From: Paraspadella gotoi
Lineage: Eukaryota; Animalia; Chaetognatha
Reading direction: 5' to 3'
Assembly: GCA_051294375.1 (NCBI GenBank)
Contig: CM119266.1
Location: 11,093,212-11,157,211, forward strand
DNA length: 64,000 bases
The position numbers were made by a program, and so were the translations under genes. Positions within the stretch are counted from its first letter, which is position 1. Every line of letters begins with the position of its first letter. Below are positions 1 through 13,052 of the stretch, one piece after another. The notes below the pieces were generated by a model. It made no database searches. It saw nothing but the letters and a program-made list of their open reading frames with translations, and had not been told where the DNA came from.

Positions 1-1017
1 TCTCTCTCGTCCTTGATTTTAATTTTTGATGAAAGAGAAAAAAAAATTCGTCAGTCCTGCGTCGGAACAAGTCATGCAAATTAATACTGGAAGCGACGTT
101 GAAGGAAAAATGTTCCTTTTTTTATTATTTTATGTCTAATTTTTAAATTGTTTTAAAATGCGTTTGAATCGTGGAGAATTGAAATTGAATTTAACAGAAG
201 GCGATTTTTGACGTTTTAGTAGGTCCTTCTGATATCATGTTGTAAGTGCTCATGACAAATAAATATAAAAATAATAACTCGTCTTATCTTTATAGTTTCG
301 ACGTTTTTTTGTTTTGTTTTGGTACAGAATTGGATATTAGTACACAAAGTATTAAGTTAAACTAACGGATTTTCAAGATTCCACAGGAGATTACCGTCTT
401 TTCTCTTAAAGAGTGACTTATTCACATTTTACATTTTTCTCTCAATTCCTTTCTTATTCTATTTACTTCTTTTTTTCTCTCTCTCTCTCTTTCTCTCTCC
501 TTTCTCTCCCAGTCTCTCCAACTTTCGACTTTGGCAGAGAAGGAATCGTTTCCTCCCCCGCATCATCCTTTCCTCGTCCTCTTCCTCTTCCCCCTCGCTC
601 TCCATCTCGCCAACGCTTTGCCGGTGGAATAACTTGATGGCGATAAGATGCCATCAAAAGAAAGGAACTGAATTTTCGGTCTTTTCTTTACTTTCCTCCC
701 TTTTCTCTCGCTTTCCCTTTAATTCATTGGTAGTTGCTGGAGTAGCTTCAAAATTGTTTTTTTATATTTTTTTATTAATAACAAAATCGATATTAACACG
801 ATTGTAAAATAGAAAAACAGCAACGGTATCAATAAACACAATATTTTTTAAAGTTATAAACTAATTCATAAATAAAAAATAACGTTCCAAAACGTTCAAG
901 GATTATATATCAACGCTATCAATAAAAACGNNNNNNNNNNNNNNNNNNNNNNNNNNNNNNNNNNNNNNNNNNNNNNNNNNNNNNNNNNNNNNNNNNNNNN
1001 NNNNNNNNNNNNNNNNN

Positions 1018-1282
1018 TTTAAAGCCCTCGTCGACAATTGCGTCTAAAAATTCTCCTTTTTAATGATTCATTCCGGAGACCTCCTCACTCGGCACGCCGG
1101 TCGCGATTCGCTCGCCCACGTACTTAACTCACCTTCCCGACAAGTCGTCAAACTCGCCTTTCAAAAAAAAAAAAAAAACTCTTCTCTCAATTCTCTGGTC
1201 GCCTTTGAGTTATTCCCGGCGTCGATACGTTTATGCGTCGTCCACACCGGGGGTCTCTCTCTCTCTTCTCTCTTCTCTCTCT

Positions 1283-1352
<70 letters not shown>

Positions 1353-1815
1353 GCACGCGCATCACTGTCGTCGCCTTTGCCCTCAACGAACGACCTCCCC
1401 GACTCTCGAGAGACTCGCTCGGTTCGCTTTCCTGCTTTATTCCCATTCTCACTGCGCCGACCCCCTCTCTACTCTCGCCCACTCTCTTATACCACTCACC
1501 CGTTGTTCAACCACCTATCCTTCCGCCCGAGTTTACCTTACCACCCTCGTTTTTTTTCCCAGTTCTCCCGAGTTTCTTTCGAAAGCGAGGACTCCTATTC
1601 TTCTAACTCTTTTCTTTCAATTCACGCTTCAATCACCTTTCACCCTTCCATCCCCTCACTCCTTAGCTTACCTTACCTTACTCTCCTTCCTTACTCTGAC
1701 TTACACCTCGATATTCTCTCGATTTCCCCATCATTTTTGCATCCTTCCCTCAACAAAAAAAATAAAAAACCGCCTCCGGGCGTCGCAAAGCCGTCACTTT
1801 GCTGTCCATCTCCCA

Positions 1816-1903
<88 letters not shown>

Positions 1904-2221
1904 TCCCCCTCATCATCATCAACCCATCGCGCAAATAGTTCCTCGGCCCTAATCACTTTCTCGGCGCTTCCTTGAACTCGGGACCCGATAGTTTTTTTTT
2001 CTTTTTATTTTCTCTTCTTTTCGTTATTGTCTGAGAAAAAAAAGAAAGAAAAAACTTTCTTTCTGCCCTCGCACCCCCCCCCTCCAAGAAAAAAAAACCC
2101 AACGCGATTTCCCTGGTGTTCCTCGTTTCGTCCGGAAATTTGCCGCAATTTGCAGGCAAAGTCGGGCACGCGTCTTGTCGGGGCTCGAGTGTGAGAGAGA
2201 GAGAGAGAGAGAGAGATGGTA

Positions 2222-2254
<33 letters not shown>

Positions 2255-4183
2255 GAGAGAGCCATCTGTCGAGAGCTAGTAACTCTTTGTAAGCGATATA
2301 ACGGCTGTTGCATGACATCCGGAGTTCAAACGAAAAAAAGACACTTCTCATCTCATCTCTCTTTCTCTTCTGGCTGTCGCGGCCGCTCATTCTCTCTCTC
2401 CAATGTCCTAAGAATGCGCGTCCCGCACGAGAGAGACGGAGAAGACCGACATTCAGTAGGAGAGAGCACGTATCCTAGCGATGTGAATAGAGAGAGAAAG
2501 AAATGACTGGTCTCTCTCTGGACGTTTAAAGCCCTCGTCGACAATCGCGTCTAAAAATTCTCCTTTTTAATGATTCATCGGGAGACCTCCTCACCTCGGC
2601 ACGCGGTCGCGATTCGCTCGCCCACGTACTTAACTCACCTTCCCGACCAAGTCGTCAAACTCGCCTTCAAAAAAAAANNNNNNNNNNNNNNNNNNNNNNN
2701 NNNNNNNNNNNNNNNNNNNNNNNNNNNNNNNNNNNNNNNNNNNNNNNNNNNNNNNNNNNNNNNNNNNNNNNNNNNNNNNNNNNNNNNNNNNNNNNNNNNN
2801 NNNNNNNNNNNNNNNNNNNNNNNNNNNNNNNNNNNNNNNNNNNNNNNNNNNNNNNNNNNNNNNNNNNNNNNNNNNNNNNNNNNNNNNNNNNNNNNNNNNN
2901 NNNNNNNNNNNNNNNNNNNNNNNNNNNNNNNNNNNNNNNNNNNNNTCGAGAGACTCGCTCGGTTTCGCTTTCCTGCTTTATTCCCATTCTCACTGCCCGA
3001 CCCCCTCTCTACTCTCGCCCACTCTCTTATACCACTCACCCGTTTTCAACCACCTATCCTTCCGCCCGAGTTTACCTTACCACCCTCGGTTTTTTTTTCC
3101 CAGTTCCTCCCGAGTTTCTTTCGAAAGCGAGGACTCCCTCATTCTTCTAACTCTTTTCTTCAATCACGCTTCAATCACCTTTCACCCTTCCATCCCCTCA
3201 CTCCTTAGCTTACCTTACCTTACTCTCCTTCCTTACTCTGACTTANNNNNNNNNNNNNNNNNNNNNNNNNNNNNNNNNNNNNNNNNNNNNNNNNNNNNNN
3301 NNNNNNNNNNNNNNNNNNNNNNNNNNNNNNNNNNNNNNNNNNNNNNNNNNNNNNNNNNNNNNNNNNNNNNNNNNNNNNNNNNNNNNNNNNNNNNNNNNNN
3401 NNNNNNNNNNNNNNNNNNNNNNNNNNNNNNNNNNNNNNNNNNNNNNNNNNNNNNNNNNNNNNNNNNNNNNNNNNNNNNNNNNNNNNNNNNNNNNNNNNNN
3501 NNNNNNNNNNNNNNNNNNNNNNNNNNNNNNNNNNNNNNNNNNNNNNNNNNNNNNNNNNNNNNNNNNNNNNNNNNNNNNNNNNNNNNNNNNNNNNNNNNNN
3601 NNNNNNNNNNNNNNNNNNNNNNNNNNNNNNNNNNNNNNNNNNNNNNNNNNNNNNNNNNNNNNNNNNNNNNNNNNNNNNNNNNNNNNNNNNNNNNNNNNNN
3701 NNNNNNNNNNNNNNNNNNNNNNNNNNNNNNNNNNNNNNNNNNNNNNNNNNNNNNNNNNNNNNNNNNNNNNNNNNNNNNNNNNNNNNNNNNNNNNNNNNNN
3801 NNNNNNNNNNNNNNNNNNNNNNNNNNNNNNNNNNNNNNNNNNNNNNNNNNNNNNNNNNNNNNNNNNNNNNNNNNNNNNNNNNNNNNNNNNNNNNNNNNNN
3901 NNNNNNNNNNNNNNNNNNNNNNNNNNNNNNNNNNNNNNNNNNNNNNNNNNNNNNNNNNNNNNNNNNNNNNNNNNNNNNNNNNNNNNNNNNNNNNNNNNNN
4001 NNNNNNNNNNNNNNNNNNNNNNNNNNNNNNNNNNNNNNNNNNNNNNNNNNNNNNNNNNNNNNNNNNNNNNNNNNNNNNNNNNNNNNNNNNNNNNNNGAGT
4101 GAGAGAGAGAGAGAGGGAGAGAGAAGAGAGAGAGAGAGAGAGAAGAGAGAGAGTGAGTGAGAGAGAGAGAAGGAATGACTTGG
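1018..4183. repeat. Tandem direct duplication (~1018-2510 and ~2525-4183), probably an assembly artefact
   Basis: TTTAAAGCCCTCGTCGACAAT... starts at both 1018 and 2525. 1406-1703 matches 2946-3245 with small indels. Both copies end in GAGAGAAR(G)AATGAC(T)TGG. Copy 1 spans the two N-gaps of copy 2. Confidence 0.9.
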
Positions 4184-4452
4184 ATCCAATTACATCCTAA
4201 CTACTTTTGACTCTTTCTCAAAACTCGTCTCGGATGACGCTTATGGCAAATGGCGGTTGGGGTAGATGAGGGATGTTGTGGAGGTGGGAGGGAGGGGCAA
4301 AAAAGGGGGGGTTAGGGGGGCAGGGGATTGAGGCATTTACGACGTAGTTTCACTCGTAACTCACTCTTCCCCCTTCCCCTTCTCTCTTCGTCTTCCGGTG
4401 CAGCGATAACCCGACACAGAGAGAGAGCGAGAGAGAGAGAGCAAAAAGCGGG

Positions 4453-4585
4453 TTGATTGGTTTTCGTGCGGGACGCCGATCTAGGGGGGAAAGCTTGCCC
4501 TTGATTGGTTCCGATTTGAGGCGAAACTTTTGATTGGTTCCGATGATAAGTGACAATTTCGATTGGTTTCGTCGATCTGACGTCC
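4453..4585. promoter_or_regulatory. Candidate Pol II promoter: four NF-Y (CCAAT) boxes plus a CRE-like site
   Basis: (T/C)GATTGGTT occurs with ATTGG at 4456, 4504, 4533 and 4562, all in the same orientation (spacing 48/29/29). TGACGTC follows at ~4578. Confidence 0.55.
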
Positions 4586-4905
4586 GCTTTTGAGGCCAGT
4601 CAGAACAATCCGGGAAAATTTCCAGTGAAGTATTACTTCATGTATTCCTCCACGCTTTACAAGTCTGTAATTCTGACAAAACACAAATTAACAGTTGAGA
4701 AATGTCGCAAAAGGCAACGAAAAATGTTCCGTGTTTCACAAGGGTTTTACTAAATTCAATCCGGTTCCTCCTAATCATTCCAGTTACATCCTTGTTTTGA
4801 CTCTTTTTAGAGAAAAAGAAGTGGAAAAGGTTTAGTCGTTCTCGTTGTCGTCGTCGTCTTCTATCACATTGCAGTTACCGTCACCGCAGTAACCGTGACA
4901 GCCCT

Positions 4906-4918
4906 TGCCGCCGCCTCT

Positions 4919-4960
<42 letters not shown>
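4906..4960. repeat. (GCC)n trinucleotide microsatellite
   Basis: About 18 GCC units with one TCT interruption. Confidence 0.95.
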
Positions 4961-5463
4961 TTCCCCGACTTCACCTCCGTCTTCGCCGTTATTCCTCAAT
5001 CTTTGCCTCACTTTAGAATTTATGGAATTTTTAGTGGCGGCGCTGAAAAATTCACTCCCTCTTTATGTCCCCAACGGTAAAGGTTACCTGCTCACTCCGC
5101 CAGTGGCACAGCCATTTAGGTGTAAAGTGGAAGTAGAGGGTAAAGTGAGGAGGGGGGCGTGATGTGTAGTGGGGTGAAGTCAATTTTTTGCATTGTAATT
5201 TCGAATTTTGATGGGTGAAATATTGAAGACAAAAAACTATAGAAAATGGAGCCATTGCTTGGCAATAGTTAGAAGACAAGATAGCTTGTTTATTAAATGA
5301 ATAAAAAATGTTCATATCGGTTGTACTAATTTCATAAACAGACAAAAAGAAATTAACTAAAAAAGAAAAAAAAACTAAACAAAGACAATGAAAAATAAGC
5401 AAAAACAAGGGAGAGGGGAGAAAGCGAGAAACTCAGAATTGAGCCTGCCCCTCTCTCTCCCCC

Positions 5464-5505
<42 letters not shown>

Positions 5506-5685
5506 CCAACGGGCGGACTGCAGATAATATCTCGTTTGGCGAAAAGCCTCCATTACGCTTTTACCCCATACACATTGACGTCTATTTGATATGATTTAAT
5601 GAGGGTGGGAAACGGCGTTAGCGGGAATAAGAAGAATGGAGAATGTTTATTTCCCCCGCTAGCCGAAGGACGACGAGGAAGAGGC

Positions 5686-5720
5686 CGACGACGACGACGA
5701 CGATGACGACGACGACGACG
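5686..5720. repeat. (GAC)n microsatellite
   Basis: GACGACGAC...GATGACGAC run read directly. Confidence 0.9.
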
Positions 5721-7394
5721 AACTTACCCTCCCCTCCTCCATCCTTTCCTTCCTTTTCTCACTTTCCTGCCGCTGGAAAATAAAAAGGGAAGGATTTTCT
5801 TACCCGCGACGCATATTGCGGTTAACCGATCCAATTTAGCCTGACCGTTTTTATCGAGGTAAACAACGCGGAGGTGCCTTATTTATTTTCCCGTCCTGGA
5901 ATTACAAACGAAGGCCCACGGACCGATCGTACATTGTGAGCGGTCCAAGGAAATATATATAGTTGTGCGCGGAGTTGCGAGAGATAGTGAGGGGAGAGTG
6001 AGGGAGGGAGGGAGGAAGAGAGGAAGAGAAAGAGAGGAGTAATGGAGAAATATAGAAACAAAGAGAAAGTTAAAAAGTGAGAAAGAAAGAAAGAAAGAGA
6101 GGGAGAGGAGAGAGAGAAAGAAGAGAGTTTGTCAAATAAGTACGATTATTTTTAAAACGTATTAGACGCTTCCTTTTCTCAGCATTTATTCAAATGACTT
6201 CTTTGTGCATTGTTTTATAAGGACGTCTGGTTTTGATGGAGAGAGAGAGGGACAGAGAGAGAGACTCCCCTTAAATGTCGCCTCAGCATCACCAGCAGGA
6301 CTTTTAACTGCTGCTCTCGTTGAGAACGCCAAAGAAGAGTTTTTGTCACGAGATTAAAATTTGATTTTGTTTCCAAATTTAAAGAAATAAACGCATCATG
6401 TTATAAAGAGAACGCGGATAGGGAAAGAGGCCGATGCACGCCGTNNNNNNNNNNNNNNNNNNNNNNNNNNNNNNNNNNNNNNNNNNNNNNNNNNNNNNNN
6501 NNNNNNNNNNNNNNNNNNNNNNNNNNNNNNNNNNNNNNNNNNNNNNNNNNNNNNNNNNNNNNNNNNNNNNNNNNNNNNNNNNNNNNNNNNNNNNNNNNNN
6601 NNNNNNNNNNNNNNNNNNNNNNNNNNNNNNNNNNNNNNNNNNNNNNNNNNNNNNNNNNNNNNNNNNNNNNNNNNNNNNNNNNNNNNNNNNNNNNNNNNNN
6701 NNNNNNNNNNNNNNNNNNNNNNNNNNNNAGAGAGAAAGAGAGAAAGAGAGAGAGAGAGGGAGCGAGAAAACTGAGATTTTCTCATGGTTTAGTTCAGAGT
6801 TTTTTTTTTAAAAAAATTCAAGCTACAGTTCGTTAACAACAACAGATTAGACTTTTCTTCACCAAAGTTCACTCCTCCATCAAGATCCCAAAGTGTCTCT
6901 AAATCACTGGAACTTATAACGGGTGAACGCCCATATTGTAAATGTAAGTACAAAGAAGCATTGAAAGAGAATGAGGGGGAGAGAAAGTGCAAAAATGGGG
7001 TGAGAGAGAGAGGGAGGGAGAGAATTTCCATATTTAATTTAGCGTTTGTCNNNNNNNNNNNNNNNNNNNNNNNNNNNNNNNNNNNNNNNNNNNNNNNNNN
7101 NNNNNNNNNNNNNNNNNNNNNNNNNNNNNNNNNNNNNNNNNNNNNNNNNNNNNNNNNNNNNNNNNNNNNNNNNNNNNNNNNNNNNNNNNNNNNNNNNNNN
7201 NNNNNNNNNNNNNNNNNNNNNNNNNNNNNNNNNNNNNNNNNNNNNNNNNNNNNNNNNNNNNNNGAGAAAGAGAGAGAGAGAGAGCGGACTGGCGTTATGG
7301 TCCACTCGGAAAATTTTTTTCTAGTTTCCACGTCTCGCTCTCCCGCTCGTTCGTTCCCTTCCCTATTCTCTCTCTGTCTCTATCTCCCTCCTTC

Positions 7395-7793
7395 TCTCTT
7401 CCCTTTTCTTCAGCCCCATGTCCCCCCCCCCAGTTCGCTGTAGCTGTTAAATGATTTCGAGTCGAACCGGTTGTCAACTCCAGCAGTCGGCGAATAATTG
7501 AATTCTGTCAGCCAAAGTCTACTTCGTCTTTGATTTGAGACGAGGCACGCGCGAGCGAGCGAGCCAGCGAGCGGACGAGCCGTCGCGTTCCGCTCGCGAG
7601 CCTCTCAAAATGAGAACCGGAATTCCTAATTAGGGAAATTTTTTTTATTTTTGTTATTGTCTTTAAATAACTAAAAAGTCTTATTTTTTTTTGAAAGGAA
7701 AGGAAAAAAAATGATAAAATATTAAATTAAAATTCGCACGGAAATTTTTTTAGACTTTCGTCATGGAGCAGTGACGTCATATATTTTTTCCGT

Positions 7794-7892
<99 letters not shown>

Positions 7893-8381
7893 TCTCTCTT
7901 TCTCTCTCTCTCTCTATTTTCGTCGCCTCATGCCCCGCCCCCCATTCCCTTTTTTTTAATGGCGGCCCGGGTCGCAGCTGATTCGTCGACAAAAGCCTTG
8001 AATTTAACAGCCACCACAAATTCTTTCTCTCATCAAGTCACAACCGGAGGGGAGGGGTCGAGGGGGGAGGGGGCCTGAGGGAGGGTGAGGGGTTAGGGGT
8101 GAGGAGTGAAGAGGGGAAGGAAGGAGCGAGCGAGCGAGAGAAGTCTGGAAGGGAGAGAGAGAGAGAGGAATGCTGGATGAAAAAAAGAGTTAGTGATTTG
8201 ACCGAGAGAGTGGAAGAGAGAGAATGAATTGAGGTCGACCAAAAATGGAAAAAAAAAATGGAAAGAAAGGAAAGAAAAAAAAAGAAAAAAGAAAAAAAGG
8301 AATAAAGAAAGAGAGAAAGAAAGAAAGAAAAAATAAAAAGAGAAATAAAGAAAAAAATAAAAAGCGAGAGAAAAAAAATGA

Positions 8382-8413
<32 letters not shown>

Positions 8414-8634
8414 CAGAAAGAAAGAAAGAAAGAAAGATGGTTGAATGAAAAGACGGATGATGAGGCGCGAAATCTGGCTCGCGATCAAAATATCACGTCC
8501 TCTTATTCCCTCGATATAAATAGTAATAATTAATTCAAAATGTTCGGCTAAACTATAAATATGAAGAAAAGACTAAGAATAAAACACGAAATATTACTTC
8601 TCTCTCTCTGAGAGAGGAGAGGAGAGAGAGAGAG

Positions 8635-8697
<63 letters not shown>

Positions 8698-9933
8698 AAT
8701 ATTTCGTTTTTATTCTTAGTCTTCTCTCATATTTATAGTCAGCCGAACACATTTTGATTAAGTTTACTTATTTAATATCGAGGGAATAAGAGGACGTGAT
8801 ATTTGATCGCGAGCCAGATTTCGCGCTATCATCCGTCTTTTCAATTTCAACCATTCTTTCTTTCTTTCTTTCTCTTTCCTGTCCTTCTTTCTTTCTTTTT
8901 CTTTCTTTCTTTCATTTTTCTCTCGCTTTATTATTTTCTTGTATTTCTCTTTTTATTTTTCTTTCTTTTCTCTCTTTCTTATTTCCTTTTTTCTTTTTTC
9001 CTTTTTTTCTTCTTTCCTTCATTTCATTTTTTTTTCCATTTTTGGTCGACCTCAATTCATTCTCTCTCTTCCAGCTCTCTCGTCAAATACCACGAACTCT
9101 TTTTTTCATCCAGCATTCTCTCTCTCTCTCTCCCTTCCAGACTTCTCTTTCCTCGCTCGCTCCTTCCTCCCCTTTCGTTCACTTCTCACCCTAACCCCTT
9201 CACCCTCCCTCAGGCCCCCTCCCCCCTCGACCCCTCCCCTCCGGTTGTGACTGATGAGAGAAAGATATTATGTGGTGGCTGTTAAATTCAAGGCGTTTTG
9301 TCGACGAATCACGCGACCGGGCCGCCATTAAAAAAAAGGGAATGGGGGCGGGGATTGAGGCGACGAAAATAGAGAGAGAGAGAAGAAGAGAAGAAGAGAG
9401 AGAAAGTAGAGAGAAGGGAAGAGAGCAACGAGAGAGAAGATGGAGGAAGAGAGAGAGAGACTGCGCGAGAGTGAGAGAGAAGCGAGTAAGAGAGAACGAG
9501 AGCAGAGAGAGAGAGCAGCAGAGAAATCAACGGATTAAAAAATATATGACCGTCACTGCCTCCATGACGAAAGTCTTAAAAAAAATTCCGGTGCGAATTT
9601 TAATTTTAATATTTTATCATTTTTTTTTCCTTTCTTTCAAAAAAAAATAAGACTTTTTATTATTTAAAGACAATAACAAAATAAAAAAAATTGCCTAATA
9701 GAATTCCGGTTCTGCATTTTGAGAGGCTTCGCGAGCGGAACGCGACGGCTCGTCCGCTCGCTGGCTCGCTCGCTCGCGCGTGCCTCGTCTCAAATCAAAG
9801 ACGAAGTAGACTTTGGCTGACAGAATTCAATTATTCGCGACTGCTTGGAGCTTGACAACCGGTTCGACTCGAAATCATTTAACAGCTACAAGCGAACTGG
9901 GGGGGGACATTGGGCTGAAGAAAAGGGAAAGAG
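7395..9933. repeat. ~2.5 kb inverted duplication (fold-back) turning inside a CT/AG microsatellite; likely artefact
   Basis: 8693-9933 is the reverse complement of 7395-8600 (e.g. GACTAAGAATAAAA vs TTTTATTCTTAGTC; TTCAGCCCCATGTCCCCCC vs GGGGGGACATTGGGCTGAA). The right arm is indel-rich and ends at a 25-N gap. Confidence 0.9.
7800..7915. repeat. (CT)n microsatellite
   Basis: Long near-perfect CT run. Confidence 0.95.
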
Positions 9934-11143
9934 ATCCTCTCTCTTNNNNNNNNNNNNNNNNNNNNNNNNNTCTCTCTCGTATTTTTTTTCTCTTTTTGTC
10001 TTCCCTCTTCGCTTTTTTTCTCCGAGATCTCCTTTTCAAGTCGTTCCATCGCTCCCCTTCATTGTCTTATGTGGGTTAATGGTGATTAAATGCTAATGAC
10101 GACGACTGCAAAGACGCCGACGACGACGACGCCCACCGCTCGCCGTCTCGGCAACGGCGGCGCCCGAAAAAAAAAAAAAGGAGAGAAATAAATTTCCGGA
10201 AACGAGGCGGAACCGGAGCCGGAAATCGGCGCCGGGAACGAGTTTAATTTAGGGGCAGTTTGCTTTTCATTAGGCGGCATTAATTTCGTGGTTGTTGGGA
10301 TTTGTTGTTGTTGTTTGTTTTTTTTGGTCGTGTCGGAAATGTTTGTAAATAAACTGGTGCATGGAGAAAAAAATTTTTTTTTTAGAATATGAACAAATAT
10401 GACTGGCAAGTATATAACGTAAATGCACCACAAGATTTTTTTTTTCGACGATAGCAAAATGTGAAATGCAAACTAATGCCAGCTTTAATAAATGCGAGTC
10501 TTACTGAGGTTCCTAAAATACGCATTGCGCAGTAATTTCGTTCAATGAATATTTTTCTTCCTCTGTTCGGCATTTCGTCTAACAACTCGAGAAAATACTT
10601 TTTCTCTAATGTGTTGTTGTTCTTCAACTCTCTTTACCTTGAGCGGTCGGTCATCGAAGTTCTAAAAAAAACTATTTCAATAAATATCGACGTTTTCTAA
10701 TCGAATTAAATAAAAATTCTTACCGAAATATGCAAATTGGATTAAAGTTAAAAATTAAAGTTTATGTATTGACGTTTAATAAACATTAAATAAGAACAGA
10801 AACTAGAAAAAAGTTGAAAAGTTTCGTCAGAATTTCCCTTAACTGAAAGTCCGTTGTAACAAAATAAGATGTATATTTGTGCAATAAGGTTATAAAACCA
10901 ATTCCGACATATAAAGGGGGAAAAAAAACAAGGACGCTTTGGGTTTTTTCCTTCTCTTCTTTTTATTTCCCATTTTTCAGAGGACGAGGCCGAAATGGGG
11001 TTAGTGGGAGGTTGAGTGCTGGGCGACCTCCTTTGGGGGCAGATCCTCTTGGGAGAAAGGGGCGCGGGGGAGGGGGGCAGGAGGGAAGGCGGTCAATCCT
11101 CGAAAACGTCAATTATGACCCTCTTCCGGGAGAGAGAGAAACA

Positions 11144-11254
<111 letters not shown>

Positions 11255-11608
11255 TATCGGCAACGCTCGCGCCAAAAGGAGCCGAGGCCGCTGTCAAATT
11301 CTGTCAGCTCGCATGATTTTGTTGCCATGGAGATTTGTTGTTGCCATGGAAGCGCGAAACAGAATCTCGAGACCAAAAAAAATAAAAATAAAAAAGAGAA
11401 AGTCTTCGCATAAAACCTTCGAGGCTTCGACTATTTCTTTCTTTTTTCTTTTTTTTATGGTGTATCTATGATCGAGAGCCATAATCGTTTCCTCCCCTTC
11501 CTCCCTCGCACATAGGACATTCCTTCCCCAATTTTATACATATATTTCTTGCGAGATAAGATGAAGAGAGAGAGAGAGAGAAAGAGGGGGGCGGAGGGAG
11601 AGGAGAGA

Positions 11609-11676
<68 letters not shown>

Positions 11677-12256
11677 TAAAATAAAACACCAAGATTGCTT
11701 CCGTCTGAAGCTGAGAGAAAGAATCGAATAACTCTCTTGTAAAAAAAAAAATAGCTGAACTAAATAAAACTGGGAAAAATACAGTAAAACAAAAAAAACA
11801 AAGGGACAAAAAAACAACCAGAAAAACCGACCGAAACAAACGAATCCCGACGAAGAAAAGAAAAAAAGTATAAGAGAGGAAAAAAAAGCTGGAACCGCCT
11901 GTTGACCTTGGGCGCGAGAAATCTGAAACTCGACATTCTACCAAAACTCGTTCAGACTCGGAGTCCTTTGCTTCTCACTTCTCCCTTCACTTTTAATCAC
12001 TTCTTCTCACTTCGACACAAGGTACATCACTTCTCACTATTCCACCTTACATTCCTTCTCAGGGTTTTTTTTCATTTCCTAATTCACTATCTGTTCTTTC
12101 TTATACCTGCTTTCCTTTTCACGATTCCATTTTGTTAAGTCTTCTCACTTATCTCGAATTATCAAGTATCAGTTCTCTGTTGCATTTTCTTTTTTTAAAA
12201 GGAAACTAAGAAGCATAGAACCGACAAGGGAAAAGATGAGGGGAAGACAGAAGAGA

Positions 12257-12363
<107 letters not shown>

Positions 12364-12926
12364 CAGATCGAAATTGACAAGATCGAGCCGAGGAAAAAAA
12401 TGGGGTTTTCATCGACAGCTCAGAGGTGGCGCCGCGAGGTCGGCGTCGACGTTCGAGTCTGGCGTGGCGCGGGGTGCCGAGGACGGGAAACGGACTAGGA
12501 TGCACTAAGACGCGGTGTGTTTAGTTTGAGCGTCTTAAATCCAAAGGTTGCGTGGCATTTAATTAACGATTATGCAATCGATTAATTGATATTACTTTGC
12601 TGGTTTAGTTGTTTTGTCGGTAATTTGACAAAGAAGAATGACTAAAGCAATTAAGAAAAAAGGATAAAGATTTTAAATGACTTTAAAAATCAAGAAAACA
12701 CAGAATATAAAAACAACTCATTTCAAATAAAAAATTAATTCCTTTCAATTCTAAACAATGCGAGACAACGATTTAAGCGTGATTGCCGATCGGAAACAGC
12801 GATACTTATTTCTTTCACAAAGAAACGAAAAGTTAAAATCCACCCGGATGTAATAAGAAAAAAGAAGGAAAGAGAAAGAAAAAAGACTCCGGATGATGGA
12901 ACGGTTGGAAATAAACCGGAAATGGA

Positions 12927-13052
<126 letters not shown>

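Noticed and set aside
4702-5076. Similarity of the spliced peptide FTRRKRSGKEF to the phosphomevalonate kinase P-loop (FSGKRKSGKDF)
   Set aside because: The first Walker-A glycine is missing, the splice model is hand-built, and I found no downstream PMVK-like exons.
4895-5162. Poly-Ala/poly-Pro ORFs (also poly-Gly/Ala at 31387-31945)
   Set aside because: They are explained by GCC/GGC microsatellites, and the flanking residues show no recognisable protein.
12415-12470. tRNA-like A-box (AGCTCAG) and B-box (GTTCGAGTC)
   Set aside because: No acceptor, anticodon or T stems could be paired into a cloverleaf.
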